64,000 nucleotides of DNA, taken from assembly GCA_036339465.1 (NCBI GenBank), contig JAYZAY010000085.1, positions 85,479-149,478 on the forward strand, read 5' to 3'. A program made the position numbers and the translations under genes. This stretch comes from Myxococcota bacterium (GTDB lineage Bacteria; Myxococcota; XYA12-FULL-58-9; JABJBS01). Below are positions 8,882 to 18,331 of the stretch, piece by piece. The notes under the pieces are model-generated. The model ran no database searches and was not told the DNA's origin. It saw only the letters and a program-made list of their open reading frames with translations. Position 1 is the stretch's first letter; each line of letters opens with the position of its first letter.

Positions 8882-10018
8882 ATGACGCACCTGACGAATG
8901 CTGAAATACAGCGCTATTCGAGACATCTTATCTTAGAAGAGGTTGGAATGGCGGGGCAGGAAAAACTGAAAGGAAGTTCCGTATTATGCGTGGGAACCGG
9001 AGGACTGGGTTCTCCGTTACTTCTGTATTTGGCTGCGGCTGGGGTGGGTCGAATCGGTGTTGTCGATTTTGATGTCGTTGATGTTTCGAATTTACAACGG
9101 CAGGTGCTCCATGGAACATCGTCGGTTGGAAAGAAAAAGATAGAATCAGCGAAAGAACGGATTCTCGATATCAACCCATTTGTTCAGGTCGATTTGTACG
9201 ACCAGCCGTTAAATAGTGAGAATGCACTCCAGACGATGGAGCCATATGATGTTGTTGTAGATGGTACCGACAATTTTCCGACACGGTATTTGGTCAATGA
9301 TGCTTGTGTCTTGCTGGGAAAGCCCAATGTATATGGGTCGATCTTTAAGTTCGAAGGTCAGTGTACCGTTTTTAATTATGCAGGTGGTCCCAATTATCGC
9401 GACTTGTATCCTGAGCCTCCCCCTCCAGGCTTGGTACCCTCATGTGCCGAAGGCGGCGTTTTAGGTATTTTACCTGGTGTTATTGGATGTTTGCAGGCGA
9501 CGGAAACAATTAAAGTACTTTTGGGGGTTGGGGAAACGTTAAGTGGGAGACTTCTCACCTACGATGCTCTCAATATGAAATTCAAAGAGTTTAAATTACG
9601 TTGTGACCCCGAGACCAAGCCGATCACAGAACTTATTGATTATCAGCAATTCTGCGGAATTCCGGCCAATGGCCATGAACAAAGGAAAAATGCAGAAGGC
9701 GGGATTGAAAATATTTCTCCGGTTCAACTGAATTCTCGTTTGTCTGCGGTTGGACTACAGCTTGTTGATGTTAGAGAACCTCATGAGTGGGATATTTGCC
9801 GGATTCAGGGAGCGACCTTAATTCCTTTGAGAGAAATAGAACAACGTTTGAGTGAACTGGACCCCCAAAAAGAAACGGTTGTCTATTGTAAAATGGGTGG
9901 TCGTTCTAAGAAAGCCTACGTCATTCTAAATGGCAAAGGATTTGGTCGGTTGACTAATTTAGAGGGAGGCATCCGAGCTTGGAGCAAACAGGTCGACAGC
10001 GACATGCCTCAGTACTAA
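8882..10018 (+). CDS. moeB: MoeB/MoeZ-type E1-like adenylyltransferase with C-terminal rhodanese domain
   Basis: RYSRHL, GTGGLG, SNLQRQ, SCAEGGVLG, rhodanese loop CKMGGRS. Confidence 0.95.
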   Translation: MTHLTNAEIQRYSRHLILEEVGMAGQEKLKGSSVLCVGTGGLGSPLLLYLAAAGVGRIGVVDFDVVDVSNLQRQVLHGTSSVGKKKIESAKERILDINPFVQVDLYDQPLNSENALQTMEPYDVVVDGTDNFPTRYLVNDACVLLGKPNVYGSIFKFEGQCTVFNYAGGPNYRDLYPEPPPPGLVPSCAEGGVLGILPGVIGCLQATETIKVLLGVGETLSGRLLTYDALNMKFKEFKLRCDPETKPITELIDYQQFCGIPANGHEQRKNAEGGIENISPVQLNSRLSAVGLQLVDVREPHEWDICRIQGATLIPLREIEQRLSELDPQKETVVYCKMGGRSKKAYVILNGKGFGRLTNLEGGIRAWSKQVDSDMPQY

Positions 10019-10029
10019 GATCCTAACTC

Positions 10030-10449
10030 TTAGGGAGCGTTGGATGAGGATCGGATCAGAGCTAGGATCCAGCCCCGGAAACCGATTAAATCTTTCTTTG
10101 TTGTGCGGGTGGTATCGACTTCAACACCGTGCTCGATGAGATTAGAGTCGCGGGTTGCTCTCCAAACCACACGTCCGGCCAACGATAGCTTTTGGCCTTG
10201 CGGTGGGATGTCGAAGTTGAGCTCTAAGTTCGACCCTATGGGAAGCTCTTGGTCTAGAATGATGCAGGTGCCAATTGGGCTAAGGTTTTTTGCTTCTCCA
10301 ATGATCAGGGCGTGTGCTGAGAGTTGTATCTTGACGTCAACTTGAATGGCTTCACGTCGCAATCGCCTGCGGTTGTGGGGAGAGTTTTCTTCCTTGGCGG
10401 GCGTTTGACCACGGAGTTTTTTTGCTAGGTTTATCAAGAGCTCAATCAA
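10030..10449 (-). CDS. PilZ-domain protein (probable TTG start overlapping the dnaJ stop)
   Basis: RRLRR (RxxxR), NLSPIG (NxSxxG), GRVVW, HGVE. Confidence 0.8.
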   Translation of the reverse strand: MIELLINLAKKLRGQTPAKEENSPHNRRRLRREAIQVDVKIQLSAHALIIGEAKNLSPIGTCIILDQELPIGSNLELNFDIPPQGQKLSLAGRVVWRATRDSNLIEHGVEVDTTRTTKKDLIGFRGWILALIRSSSNAP

Positions 10450-11563
10450 CGTAGTCCTCGGCGGTGAGGGTTCCACTGTGACGTTTAAATCTTCTAATTT
10501 CCGGTTGATTCTTGGGTTGCAGTCGATTGCCAAAGGAACTTAGAAGTTCCTTTTGGTCTTCGGATAGATCTCTCGGAGTTTCAACTTGAACGATCACAAT
10601 TTGATCTCCTCTATTACCACCATTTGGAAGTTCTGGTGCCCCGAGTCCAGGAAAAATAAATTTAACACCAGACTGTGTGCCGGCAGGAATGTTGAGCTTC
10701 ATTTTTCCTTCTAGGGTTGGGAATAAGAATTCGCAGCCTAGACACGCATCGATAATCGATATGGGTACAGTTAGGGTGATGTTTTGACCGTCTCGTGCGA
10801 AAATGGGGTCATCTCTCACGTTGAGCACAACCCTTAGGTCACCGGGAAGTCCTCCCCTAAGCCCGGCATAACCCTCACCTTTATACCTCAAGATTGTTCC
10901 GCTGTCCGCACCGGGTGGGATCTGAACGACGAGGGCGGTTGAGAATTCGAGATTTCCATTGCCAGCACAGGTTTCGCATGGTGTCGTGACTATTTTCCCC
11001 GTTCCAGCGCAATAGTTGCAGTCTTGCTTTATAGAGAACAATCCCTGTTGAACTTGGATTTTTCCCCGGCCGGCACAGGCGCCACATATTTCAGGAATCG
11101 CAGTAGGTGGAAATCCTCTTCCGAGGCAATCCGCGCAAACTTTTATTTTGGGAATGTCGATTTTTCGTTCTCCTCCAAGAACGGCCATTTTTAGATCGAT
11201 ATTTAGTTTTAGTTTCTTATCTTGGCCACGGCGTTCTTCCGATTTCTTCTTTCTACCGAGGAAATCTCCGAAGACTTCGCTGAATATATCCCCAACCGAC
11301 TGAGAACTTTGTGGTTGTTCTGACCTGGTTTTGGGGTTAGGCCTTGGTGAAGTATTTGTCCCGAAGTTCTTGGAAGTCTTGTCGGTCTTTTGACTACTTA
11401 GGTGTTGGTAGGCAATTCCAGCTTCCTTAAATTTTTCCTCGGCGCCAGGATCATTTGGATTCTTGTCTGGGTGAAACTGGTGGGCGATTTTTCGATACGC
11501 TTGTTTGATTTGGTCTTGATTGGCATCCTTAGATAGTCCGAGCACCTCATATGGGTTTTTCAT
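10442..11563 (-). CDS. dnaJ: DnaJ class A co-chaperone
   Basis: J domain with HPD, four CxxCxGxG repeats, C-terminal domain. Confidence 0.95.
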   Translation of the reverse strand: MKNPYEVLGLSKDANQDQIKQAYRKIAHQFHPDKNPNDPGAEEKFKEAGIAYQHLSSQKTDKTSKNFGTNTSPRPNPKTRSEQPQSSQSVGDIFSEVFGDFLGRKKKSEERRGQDKKLKLNIDLKMAVLGGERKIDIPKIKVCADCLGRGFPPTAIPEICGACAGRGKIQVQQGLFSIKQDCNYCAGTGKIVTTPCETCAGNGNLEFSTALVVQIPPGADSGTILRYKGEGYAGLRGGLPGDLRVVLNVRDDPIFARDGQNITLTVPISIIDACLGCEFLFPTLEGKMKLNIPAGTQSGVKFIFPGLGAPELPNGGNRGDQIVIVQVETPRDLSEDQKELLSSFGNRLQPKNQPEIRRFKRHSGTLTAEDYVD

Positions 11564-11578
11564 GGGTACTCTCTAAGA

Positions 11579-13396
11579 TTAATTGTCGGGTCCCGAAGCT
11601 TCGAAGAGCGAAGATGCCAGCTTATGAGCAGCTTTCTCCAGAGCATCGGTATGGGTTTGTAGAGCTGCAGGATCATTTGATTGAAGAATATCCTCTACTT
11701 TCTCAAGTAGGGGTGAAATCTCTTGGTGCATTTCTTCGGCCACTTTGGAACCATATAGGTCTATTGCTTGTCGTGAGCTGTATAGGAGTGATTGAGCTTT
11801 ATTTCTAAGCTCTGCATGGTCTTTGGTATGGCTGTCTCGTTCTCGGCTTGATTCGGCTTCAGAGATGATAGAATTGATTTCCGACTCACTCAGCCCTGCT
11901 TGCGCTCTGACCACGACGTTTTGAGACTGACCTGTTCCTAAATCTTTTGCTCCGACACTTACAATACCGTCTGAATTTATATCAAATGAAACTTGAATTT
12001 GGGGTATTCCCCTGGGAGCGGGTGGGATACCTGTTAGCTCAAATCGGGCCAGACTCTTGTTTTGGTTTGCCATTGGCCGCTCGCCCTGGAGCACGTGCAC
12101 ATAGACAATCGGTTGATTGTCGGTGGCGGTGGTAAAAGTTTGAACCTTACGGGTGGGGACCGTTGTATTTCGTGAGATGAGTGGCGTGAAGACGCCTCCC
12201 GCGGTCTCCACTCCGAGGGATAATGGTGTAACGTCCAAAAGAAGCACTTCCTGGAGATCTCCCGATAGTACTGAGCCCTGGATACTGGCTCCCATCGCCA
12301 CGACTTCGTCAGGATTGAGGCGATAGTTTGGGGGCTGCTTGAAGAATGCTTCAACGTGAGTTTGAATGAGGGGCATTCTTGTCATTCCGCCTACCATCAA
12401 AACTTCGTCGATCTTGCTCAGGCCGATCTTTGCGTCTTCGAGTGCTAATTTACAGGGCTCTAAACTCTTGAGGACAAGAGGTTCCATGAGCGTTTCCAAT
12501 TCTTCTCGGGTGATGCTGTACGATAGGTGCAAGGGGCCGCTTGCATCAGCGGCAATAAACGGAAGATTAATATCCGATTTTTTCACCGAGGATAGATCGC
12601 GCTTGGTTTGTTCGGCTGCTTCTTTAACCCGTTGTAATGCCATGCGGTCAGTTCGGAGATCGGTTTGAAATTCTTGAGCGAACTTATCGCAGAGGTAATC
12701 AACGAGGAGGTGATCAAAATCCTCTCCACCCAACTCAGTATCTCCATTGGTGGAGCGCACTTTGTAGACGCCTGCGGACAGTTCTAAAATGGAGATATCG
12801 AACGTGCCTCCACCCATATCATATACAGCAATGGTTTTTGACTCATTTGAAGTGATTCCGTAGGCTAATGCGGCCGCGGTGGGTTCATTAATGATTCGCA
12901 CGACATCTAGGTTCGCAATGCGTCCGGCATCTCGAGTGGCCTGACGTTGTGCATCGTTAAAATAGGCGGGTACGGTGATCACCGCCTTCTCGATTTTTTC
13001 ACCCGTATATTGTTCGGCGATTCCACGCATATGCTCTAAAACAATGGATGATACGTGTTCAGGGGAATAGTCCTTGTTTCTAGCTCGAACGGAGGTTCCG
13101 CCCTGTTCAGTGTCATTGACCTGATAGGCGATTTTTGCTCTGAATTTATCGATGACTGGGTCATCACTCCTCCGTCCCATAAGTCTTTTCACTGAATGTA
13201 AGGTGTGCTCTGAATTTGTAGTGGCTTGTCGTTTTGCTATTTGCCCAACGAGGCACTTTGAGCCTTCAGTAAACGCGACGATAGACGGGGTCGTGCGCGA
13301 TCCTTCTTTATTGGCTAGAACCACAGGTTGTTTGCCCTCAACAATTGAGACGCAGGAGTTTGTGGTGCCTAAATCTATACCGATGATCCGACCCAT
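11579..13396 (-). CDS. dnaK: Hsp70 chaperone DnaK (605 aa, short C-terminal tail)
   Basis: GIDLGTTNS, TVPAYFND, NEPTAAA, GGGTFD, LLLDVTPLSLG. Confidence 0.98.
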   Translation of the reverse strand: MGRIIGIDLGTTNSCVSIVEGKQPVVLANKEGSRTTPSIVAFTEGSKCLVGQIAKRQATTNSEHTLHSVKRLMGRRSDDPVIDKFRAKIAYQVNDTEQGGTSVRARNKDYSPEHVSSIVLEHMRGIAEQYTGEKIEKAVITVPAYFNDAQRQATRDAGRIANLDVVRIINEPTAAALAYGITSNESKTIAVYDMGGGTFDISILELSAGVYKVRSTNGDTELGGEDFDHLLVDYLCDKFAQEFQTDLRTDRMALQRVKEAAEQTKRDLSSVKKSDINLPFIAADASGPLHLSYSITREELETLMEPLVLKSLEPCKLALEDAKIGLSKIDEVLMVGGMTRMPLIQTHVEAFFKQPPNYRLNPDEVVAMGASIQGSVLSGDLQEVLLLDVTPLSLGVETAGGVFTPLISRNTTVPTRKVQTFTTATDNQPIVYVHVLQGERPMANQNKSLARFELTGIPPAPRGIPQIQVSFDINSDGIVSVGAKDLGTGQSQNVVVRAQAGLSESEINSIISEAESSRERDSHTKDHAELRNKAQSLLYSSRQAIDLYGSKVAEEMHQEISPLLEKVEDILQSNDPAALQTHTDALEKAAHKLASSLFEASGPDN

Positions 13397-13495
13397 ATCA
13401 GTTACCTATCCTAGCCAAAAAATGCCAGAAATCCTAATATTCTATTATTATCTGGAGAAGGGGCGCTGAACTCAAGGGTGGGGCGAGATTTATGT

Positions 13496-14209
13496 TTAGG
13501 ATTTTATTTCGCCGCTCTCTGGTGCGTCAGAGGCTTCTTCCTCTGGGGTGGGAGCGGGGGTAGCCGCGGGGGCTTTGGCAACCATAACTCTTGCTGGTCT
13601 AAGTAGACGGCCGTTGAGTGTATAGCCCTTTTCGTATTCTTGAACCACTGTGCCGGGTTCGACTTCTGCATTTTCGAGTTGGCCGAGGGCTTCGTGAAAC
13701 TCAGGATTAAAGGGGCTATTGACACTCTTAATCGGTAGTACCCCATAGTTTTCAAGCGTATTGGTCAATTGTTGAAGAACCATCCTGACGCCCTCTCCGA
13801 GGCTTTGATTGGCATCGGAGCTGGCGTGTTGAAGGGCCCGAGCCAGGTTATCCAGGGTTGGGAGTATATCTCGGATCAATTGCTCATTGCCAAAGCGACG
13901 AATATTCTCGGCTTCCTGACGGGTTCGCTTCTTATAGTTCTCAAAATCTGCAGCCATTCGTAGCAAGTGACTCTTGATTTCTTCAGCATCTTCACCCTCT
14001 TTTTGATTGTCAGCTACTGGACTCGCTGCCTCTTTTTCTGGGGTGTCGTCAGTTGTGGTGGCTTCGTCGGGGGAGATGATTTCCGGTTCAGGTGCGGGAG
14101 ACGAACTTTCAGGGCTCGCCCCACCGGCCTCATCAGCCTCAATGGCTTTCAATGTTTTTGATAAGGGCTCTTCGATTTCCGTGCTTGTATCGATTTTAGC
14201 TTCATTCAT
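13496..14209 (-). CDS. grpE: nucleotide exchange factor GrpE
   Basis: ADFENYKKR, FNPEFHEA, GYTLNGRLLRPARVMV. Confidence 0.97.
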   Translation of the reverse strand: MNEAKIDTSTEIEEPLSKTLKAIEADEAGGASPESSSPAPEPEIISPDEATTTDDTPEKEAASPVADNQKEGEDAEEIKSHLLRMAADFENYKKRTRQEAENIRRFGNEQLIRDILPTLDNLARALQHASSDANQSLGEGVRMVLQQLTNTLENYGVLPIKSVNSPFNPEFHEALGQLENAEVEPGTVVQEYEKGYTLNGRLLRPARVMVAKAPAATPAPTPEEEASDAPESGEIKS

Positions 14210-14255
14210 CTTGCTTTAGCTCTCCGAGAATAGATTGAATATCGAGATTTGCGGT

Positions 14256-14330
14256 TTCTTTTACACTGTCATCCAAAACTTTCTTTCACACTGTCATCCA
14301 AAACTTTCTTTTACACTGTCATCCAAAACT
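14256..14330. repeat. 3 x 25-bp tandem repeat containing the hrcA 3' end
   Basis: TTCTTT(T/C)ACACTGTCATCCAAAACT at 14256, 14281 and 14306. Confidence 0.95.
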
Positions 14331-15336
14331 TTCCAAGCAACTGGGATGCATAGTCTACCACGGGAATGAGTCGACTGTAGGGCATTCGGCTAGGGCCGAT
14401 GACACCAAGGCCGGTGGGACCGGGATTGGTGGGTTGTCCCCAGGGCCCTGCTACACAGCTCAGGCCCAATGTACCAGCCAAATGTTCTTCGGCACCAAAT
14501 CTTACCTGGATTTCCTTGCTGATTAGCAGTTGATTAATAAATTCCAGAAGTACCATTTTGTTTTCTAGGATCCGGAGTATCCCACTCAGCTCGGAACTTT
14601 GGGCTATTTCCGGCTGGGCGGCTAGCTTACCTCGGCCTTGAAGAGTGATTTCGGTTTCAACCACGGGTAGGCCCTGCGTACTTAAAGCAGTGACAGCCTC
14701 AAGTAAATTGTGACAGAGGTTACAGTCCTGGTGGATCTCGGCTTCGATAATGCCGTAAACATCTCGAAGGGAGCGATTCGTTAGCTTTGCATTTAGAAAG
14801 TTTTCCACTTTATTCAGTTCTGTCTGGTCCAAATCGAAACGGAGTTCCACCTGCTTTTGTTGAACAAATCCGTTTGGAGTTTCACAGAAAACAAAGAAAT
14901 TCCTGGGCTTAAAGCGAATAATGCCCAATTTTTTGATGCTTGTACCCACAAATCTTGGTGCGCTCACCCATGCGAGCTGTCCTGAAAGGTCAGAAAGTCT
15001 TAGGCCCAGTTGGCTAATAAACTCTCCGGGAGAGTCTGCCTTGATGTCGTCGAGAAAGACTTTGTCACTTTGGCGAAGTTTAAAGGCAGAAAAGTCGGCA
15101 AGGTAAATTTTCCAGCCCAGTGGGGTTGGGATTCTCCCTGAGCTCGTGTGGGGTTGCATTAACAAGCCAGATTTTTCTAATTTGACGAGAATTGTGCGAA
15201 CTGAAGCGGCCGAAATTTTGTGTTTTTTCAGATGTTTGGTGATGGCGGCTGAACCAACTGCATGCGCACTTGTGGTGTAAAGTTCAACGAGACAGCCGAG
15301 GATTTCGCGCTCACGTTTGTCAAGATCCAAAACCAT
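14311..15336 (-). CDS. hrcA: heat-inducible transcription repressor HrcA
   Basis: ASVRTILVKLEKSGLLMQPHTSSGRIPT, GVIGPSRMPY; upstream of grpE-dnaK. Confidence 0.95.
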   Translation of the reverse strand: MVLDLDKREREILGCLVELYTTSAHAVGSAAITKHLKKHKISAASVRTILVKLEKSGLLMQPHTSSGRIPTPLGWKIYLADFSAFKLRQSDKVFLDDIKADSPGEFISQLGLRLSDLSGQLAWVSAPRFVGTSIKKLGIIRFKPRNFFVFCETPNGFVQQKQVELRFDLDQTELNKVENFLNAKLTNRSLRDVYGIIEAEIHQDCNLCHNLLEAVTALSTQGLPVVETEITLQGRGKLAAQPEIAQSSELSGILRILENKMVLLEFINQLLISKEIQVRFGAEEHLAGTLGLSCVAGPWGQPTNPGPTGLGVIGPSRMPYSRLIPVVDYASQLLGKFWMTV

Positions 15337-15517
15337 AGAGCGCCATATAAGGAATGCTTCATCGGTGCGTCAACAGATTCTGACCCCTCTTGGGGTTTTG
15401 GTGAAGGAAAATCAGATAGTTTTAGAGATCCTTGAAGTTCATTTGCACGGACTTTTTATTTGTCTCGCAAGCGTTTCGTGCGTTACTCTTAATGTATAGG
15501 GGGTTGAAGAGGAGAGC

Positions 15518-16765
15518 GTGGCCAGAAAAGATTTTCATAGTGCTCAACTGACGTGCTCGTTTTGTGGCAAGAGTCAGAAAGAAGTCCGTAAGTTAATTGC
15601 GGGGCCAACCGTGTACATTTGTGACGAGTGTATAAGATTGTGTAATGATATCATACACGAGGAATCAGAGGGAGAAGCCTCCCCTCCCCGTGATGACCGT
15701 TTACCCACGCCAGAGGAGCTAAGTGAGTTTCTCGGCGAGTATGTGATCGGACAGAATTATGCAAAGAAGGTTTTGTCGGTTGCGGTGTACAACCATTACA
15801 AGAGGGTGAACGCGGAGGTAGAGCCCGGAGACGTGGAAATATCGAAGTCCAATGTTCTTCTGGTGGGCCCTACGGGAGCGGGAAAGACTCTATTGGCTCA
15901 GACACTAGCACGGCGGCTTGATGTCCCCTTTACCATTGCTGATGCTACAACATTGACTGAAGCTGGCTATGTCGGAGAGGATGTTGAAAATATAATTTCC
16001 AATCTCCTGGTGGCAGCGGAAAACGACGTGGAGAGGGCCCAAAAGGGCATTATTTATATCGATGAGATCGACAAGGTTGCTCGGAAATCCGAATCGATGT
16101 CTATGACTCGGGATGTCTCTGGGGAGGGCGTTCAGCAGGCTCTCCTGAAAATTATTGAGGGAACCACAGCCAATGTGACCCCCCGAGGGGGCAAGAAATA
16201 TGGGCAGTCCGAAGTTACTCAGGTGGATACATCAAATATCTTGGTTATTTGTGGCGGAAGTTTTACGGGTCTAGACAGTATTATTCGCCGTCGTACGGGA
16301 CACCGGGGCTTGGGGTTTGGCGCAGAGATATCAATGGAGACCGAAGCTGGCTTGGGGGAACTACTGCGTTTGTTGGAGCCAGAAGATCTCCACCAATACG
16401 GACTTATTCCCGAATTTATTGGTCGATTGCCGGTGATCGTGACCCTTGAGGAACTGACACAGGAGCATTTGCAGCGAATACTGATCGAACCAAAAAATGC
16501 ATTGGTGAAGCAATATCAAAAATTGTTTGGGTTGGAGCATGTCCAGCTCTCATTTGAGGATGAGGCGATTTTGGCGGTTGCTGAGAAGGCAATCGTAAAT
16601 AAAAGTGGGGCCCGTGGGCTTAGGGCTATCTTAGAAACGGCTATGCTCGACATCATGTACGAAATTCCTTTTATCGATGGGCTCAAGGAGTGTCGAATCA
16701 CCCAGGGGGTTATTCTTCGTGGTGAAAAACCATGTTTATCCTTTGAGGCTAAGAAGTCTGCTTGA
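15518..16765 (+). CDS. clpX: ATP-dependent Clp protease ATP-binding subunit
   Basis: CSFCGK...ICDEC zinc domain, [25 protein letters not shown] loop. Confidence 0.98.
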   Translation: MARKDFHSAQLTCSFCGKSQKEVRKLIAGPTVYICDECIRLCNDIIHEESEGEASPPRDDRLPTPEELSEFLGEYVIGQNYAKKVLSVAVYNHYKRVNAEVEPGDVEISKSNVLLVGPTGAGKTLLAQTLARRLDVPFTIADATTLTEAGYVGEDVENIISNLLVAAENDVERAQKGIIYIDEIDKVARKSESMSMTRDVSGEGVQQALLKIIEGTTANVTPRGGKKYGQSEVTQVDTSNILVICGGSFTGLDSIIRRRTGHRGLGFGAEISMETEAGLGELLRLLEPEDLHQYGLIPEFIGRLPVIVTLEELTQEHLQRILIEPKNALVKQYQKLFGLEHVQLSFEDEAILAVAEKAIVNKSGARGLRAILETAMLDIMYEIPFIDGLKECRITQGVILRGEKPCLSFEAKKSA

Positions 16766-16880
16766 TTCCACCTTGAAGAGACAACCTATTTAATCCTATG
16801 GTGAAGCTTAAATTGTTAGTCTGAACAGGGGCTACCAGGGTTCTCATTATTTGAGGCCATAGCTGATTTGTAGGAAAACA

Positions 16881-18311
16881 ATGTATCGCGCAGCGGTTGT
16901 AGATGTTGGTTCAAATGCGGTTCGACTCGCTTGGGTGAGGGTAGGTCTTTTAGGACATACCCTTGAGCATGGGTTTCACCGGTTTCCCATTCGTCTCGGT
17001 GCAGATGTTTTCTCTGAAGGCTCTATTTCAAAGAGCAAATTTGTGAAACTCCAATTGGCTTTCGATGAGATTTCGAAAACAATCACGAAGCAAAATATTT
17101 TGTCTTATCGAGCGGTCGCTACCTCAGCCATGCGGGAGGCAGTCAATGGTGATGCGGTGGTTGATGCTCTTTGTGCTACCACCTCGGTCCGCCTAGAAAT
17201 CATTGATGGCGTTGAGGAACTAAGGCTCTCACGTTCCGCTCTGGAGCGGGTGGTTGGGAATGTATTGAACGATACGCTTTTCTTGGATTTGGGAGGGGGC
17301 TCCTTGGAGCTTGAGCGTGCCGACGGGAATTTTTCGGTGTCTCTTCCTATTGGTACGGTTCGGCTTTTAGAGGGGTTCCCGGAGCTTCGTGCTCCATTAT
17401 CCGAAGCGGCTTTTTGGGGCTTAATAGAAAAATTAGGCGATGAATTGAGGGACTATTTAGAGCGTTGTAATGTGGGCGAAGTCGCCATTGGAACCGGCGG
17501 CAATCTCGGAGTTTTATCGCAACTCGTCAACGGAACGGGGGCGCCGATTCCCAGTTTATCGATGACAAAGTTACCAAAAGTTTTGGTAGACCTCTCAATG
17601 TTGTCTGTGGCGGAGCGTATGGAGCGTTACGCACTACGAGAAGACAGAGCGGATTCAATTGTCGCTGCGGGGATAGCCCTCCTGGCTATCGCAAAATTTT
17701 TTGATATTAAGGAAATACTTGTACCTGGAACCGGTCTACGGGATCAGGTTCTCTATGAATTACTCGCCCAAAAGTTGGGAGGGGCCCGGATTTTTTCGCA
17801 CTTGCCAAAGAGTTACAATGTTTCGAGTTCCTACATTCAACACTGTGAAAAATTGAGTCGAGACATCTTTAATGCTTTCTCTCCTTTTCACCAACTTTGG
17901 CCACCAGCCCAAATGATTTTATTAGCGGCGCTTATTTATCGAGATTTGGGTGTCGTTCTAGATCCAGAAAACCCAGCGGCCCATTCGTCCTATATGGTTC
18001 GTCATGATTCTCGACTCGCTTTGGATGAAAGTATGAGGCGAGTGGTGGTCGCTCTTATGATGACCGAACGCAAATTGGGTAGGGGTGCGAAGGGAGTTCG
18101 ATTGAACCCCATCGAAAAACGTGTTTTTTATTCTCTGGTCCCAATGTTTTTGTTGGGACTTCGGTTGAGGCATCGGAGAGATGACTTTGCTTTATCCGTA
18201 ATTCATCGCTCAGAAGGGGCAACGGTTTATCTGGATATTGATGATCCCGATTTAGAGGACATTATGGCGGGTGCCAATCGCGTCTGGAAATCCTCGATTA
18301 GGTTGTCATGA
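16881..18311 (+). CDS. Ppx/GppA family exopolyphosphatase / pppGpp phosphatase
   Basis: VDVGSNAVRL, AVATSAMREA, DLGGGSLE, GTGGN, GLRD. Confidence 0.9.
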   Translation: MYRAAVVDVGSNAVRLAWVRVGLLGHTLEHGFHRFPIRLGADVFSEGSISKSKFVKLQLAFDEISKTITKQNILSYRAVATSAMREAVNGDAVVDALCATTSVRLEIIDGVEELRLSRSALERVVGNVLNDTLFLDLGGGSLELERADGNFSVSLPIGTVRLLEGFPELRAPLSEAAFWGLIEKLGDELRDYLERCNVGEVAIGTGGNLGVLSQLVNGTGAPIPSLSMTKLPKVLVDLSMLSVAERMERYALREDRADSIVAAGIALLAIAKFFDIKEILVPGTGLRDQVLYELLAQKLGGARIFSHLPKSYNVSSSYIQHCEKLSRDIFNAFSPFHQLWPPAQMILLAALIYRDLGVVLDPENPAAHSSYMVRHDSRLALDESMRRVVVALMMTERKLGRGAKGVRLNPIEKRVFYSLVPMFLLGLRLRHRRDDFALSVIHRSEGATVYLDIDDPDLEDIMAGANRVWKSSIRLS

Positions 18312-18331
18312 GTATCGGTTAGGGGAAGAAG

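Noticed and set aside
8605..10018. Ubiquitin-like anti-phage system (CBASS/Bil type) or a frameshifted MoaD-MoeB fusion
   Set aside because: No E2, JAB, cyclase or effector is present; the E1 is a standard MoeB-rhodanese; the Ubl ends cleanly at GG-TGA
14256..14330. CRISPR array
   Set aside because: The 25-bp units abut with no spacers, copy the hrcA coding end, and there are no cas genes
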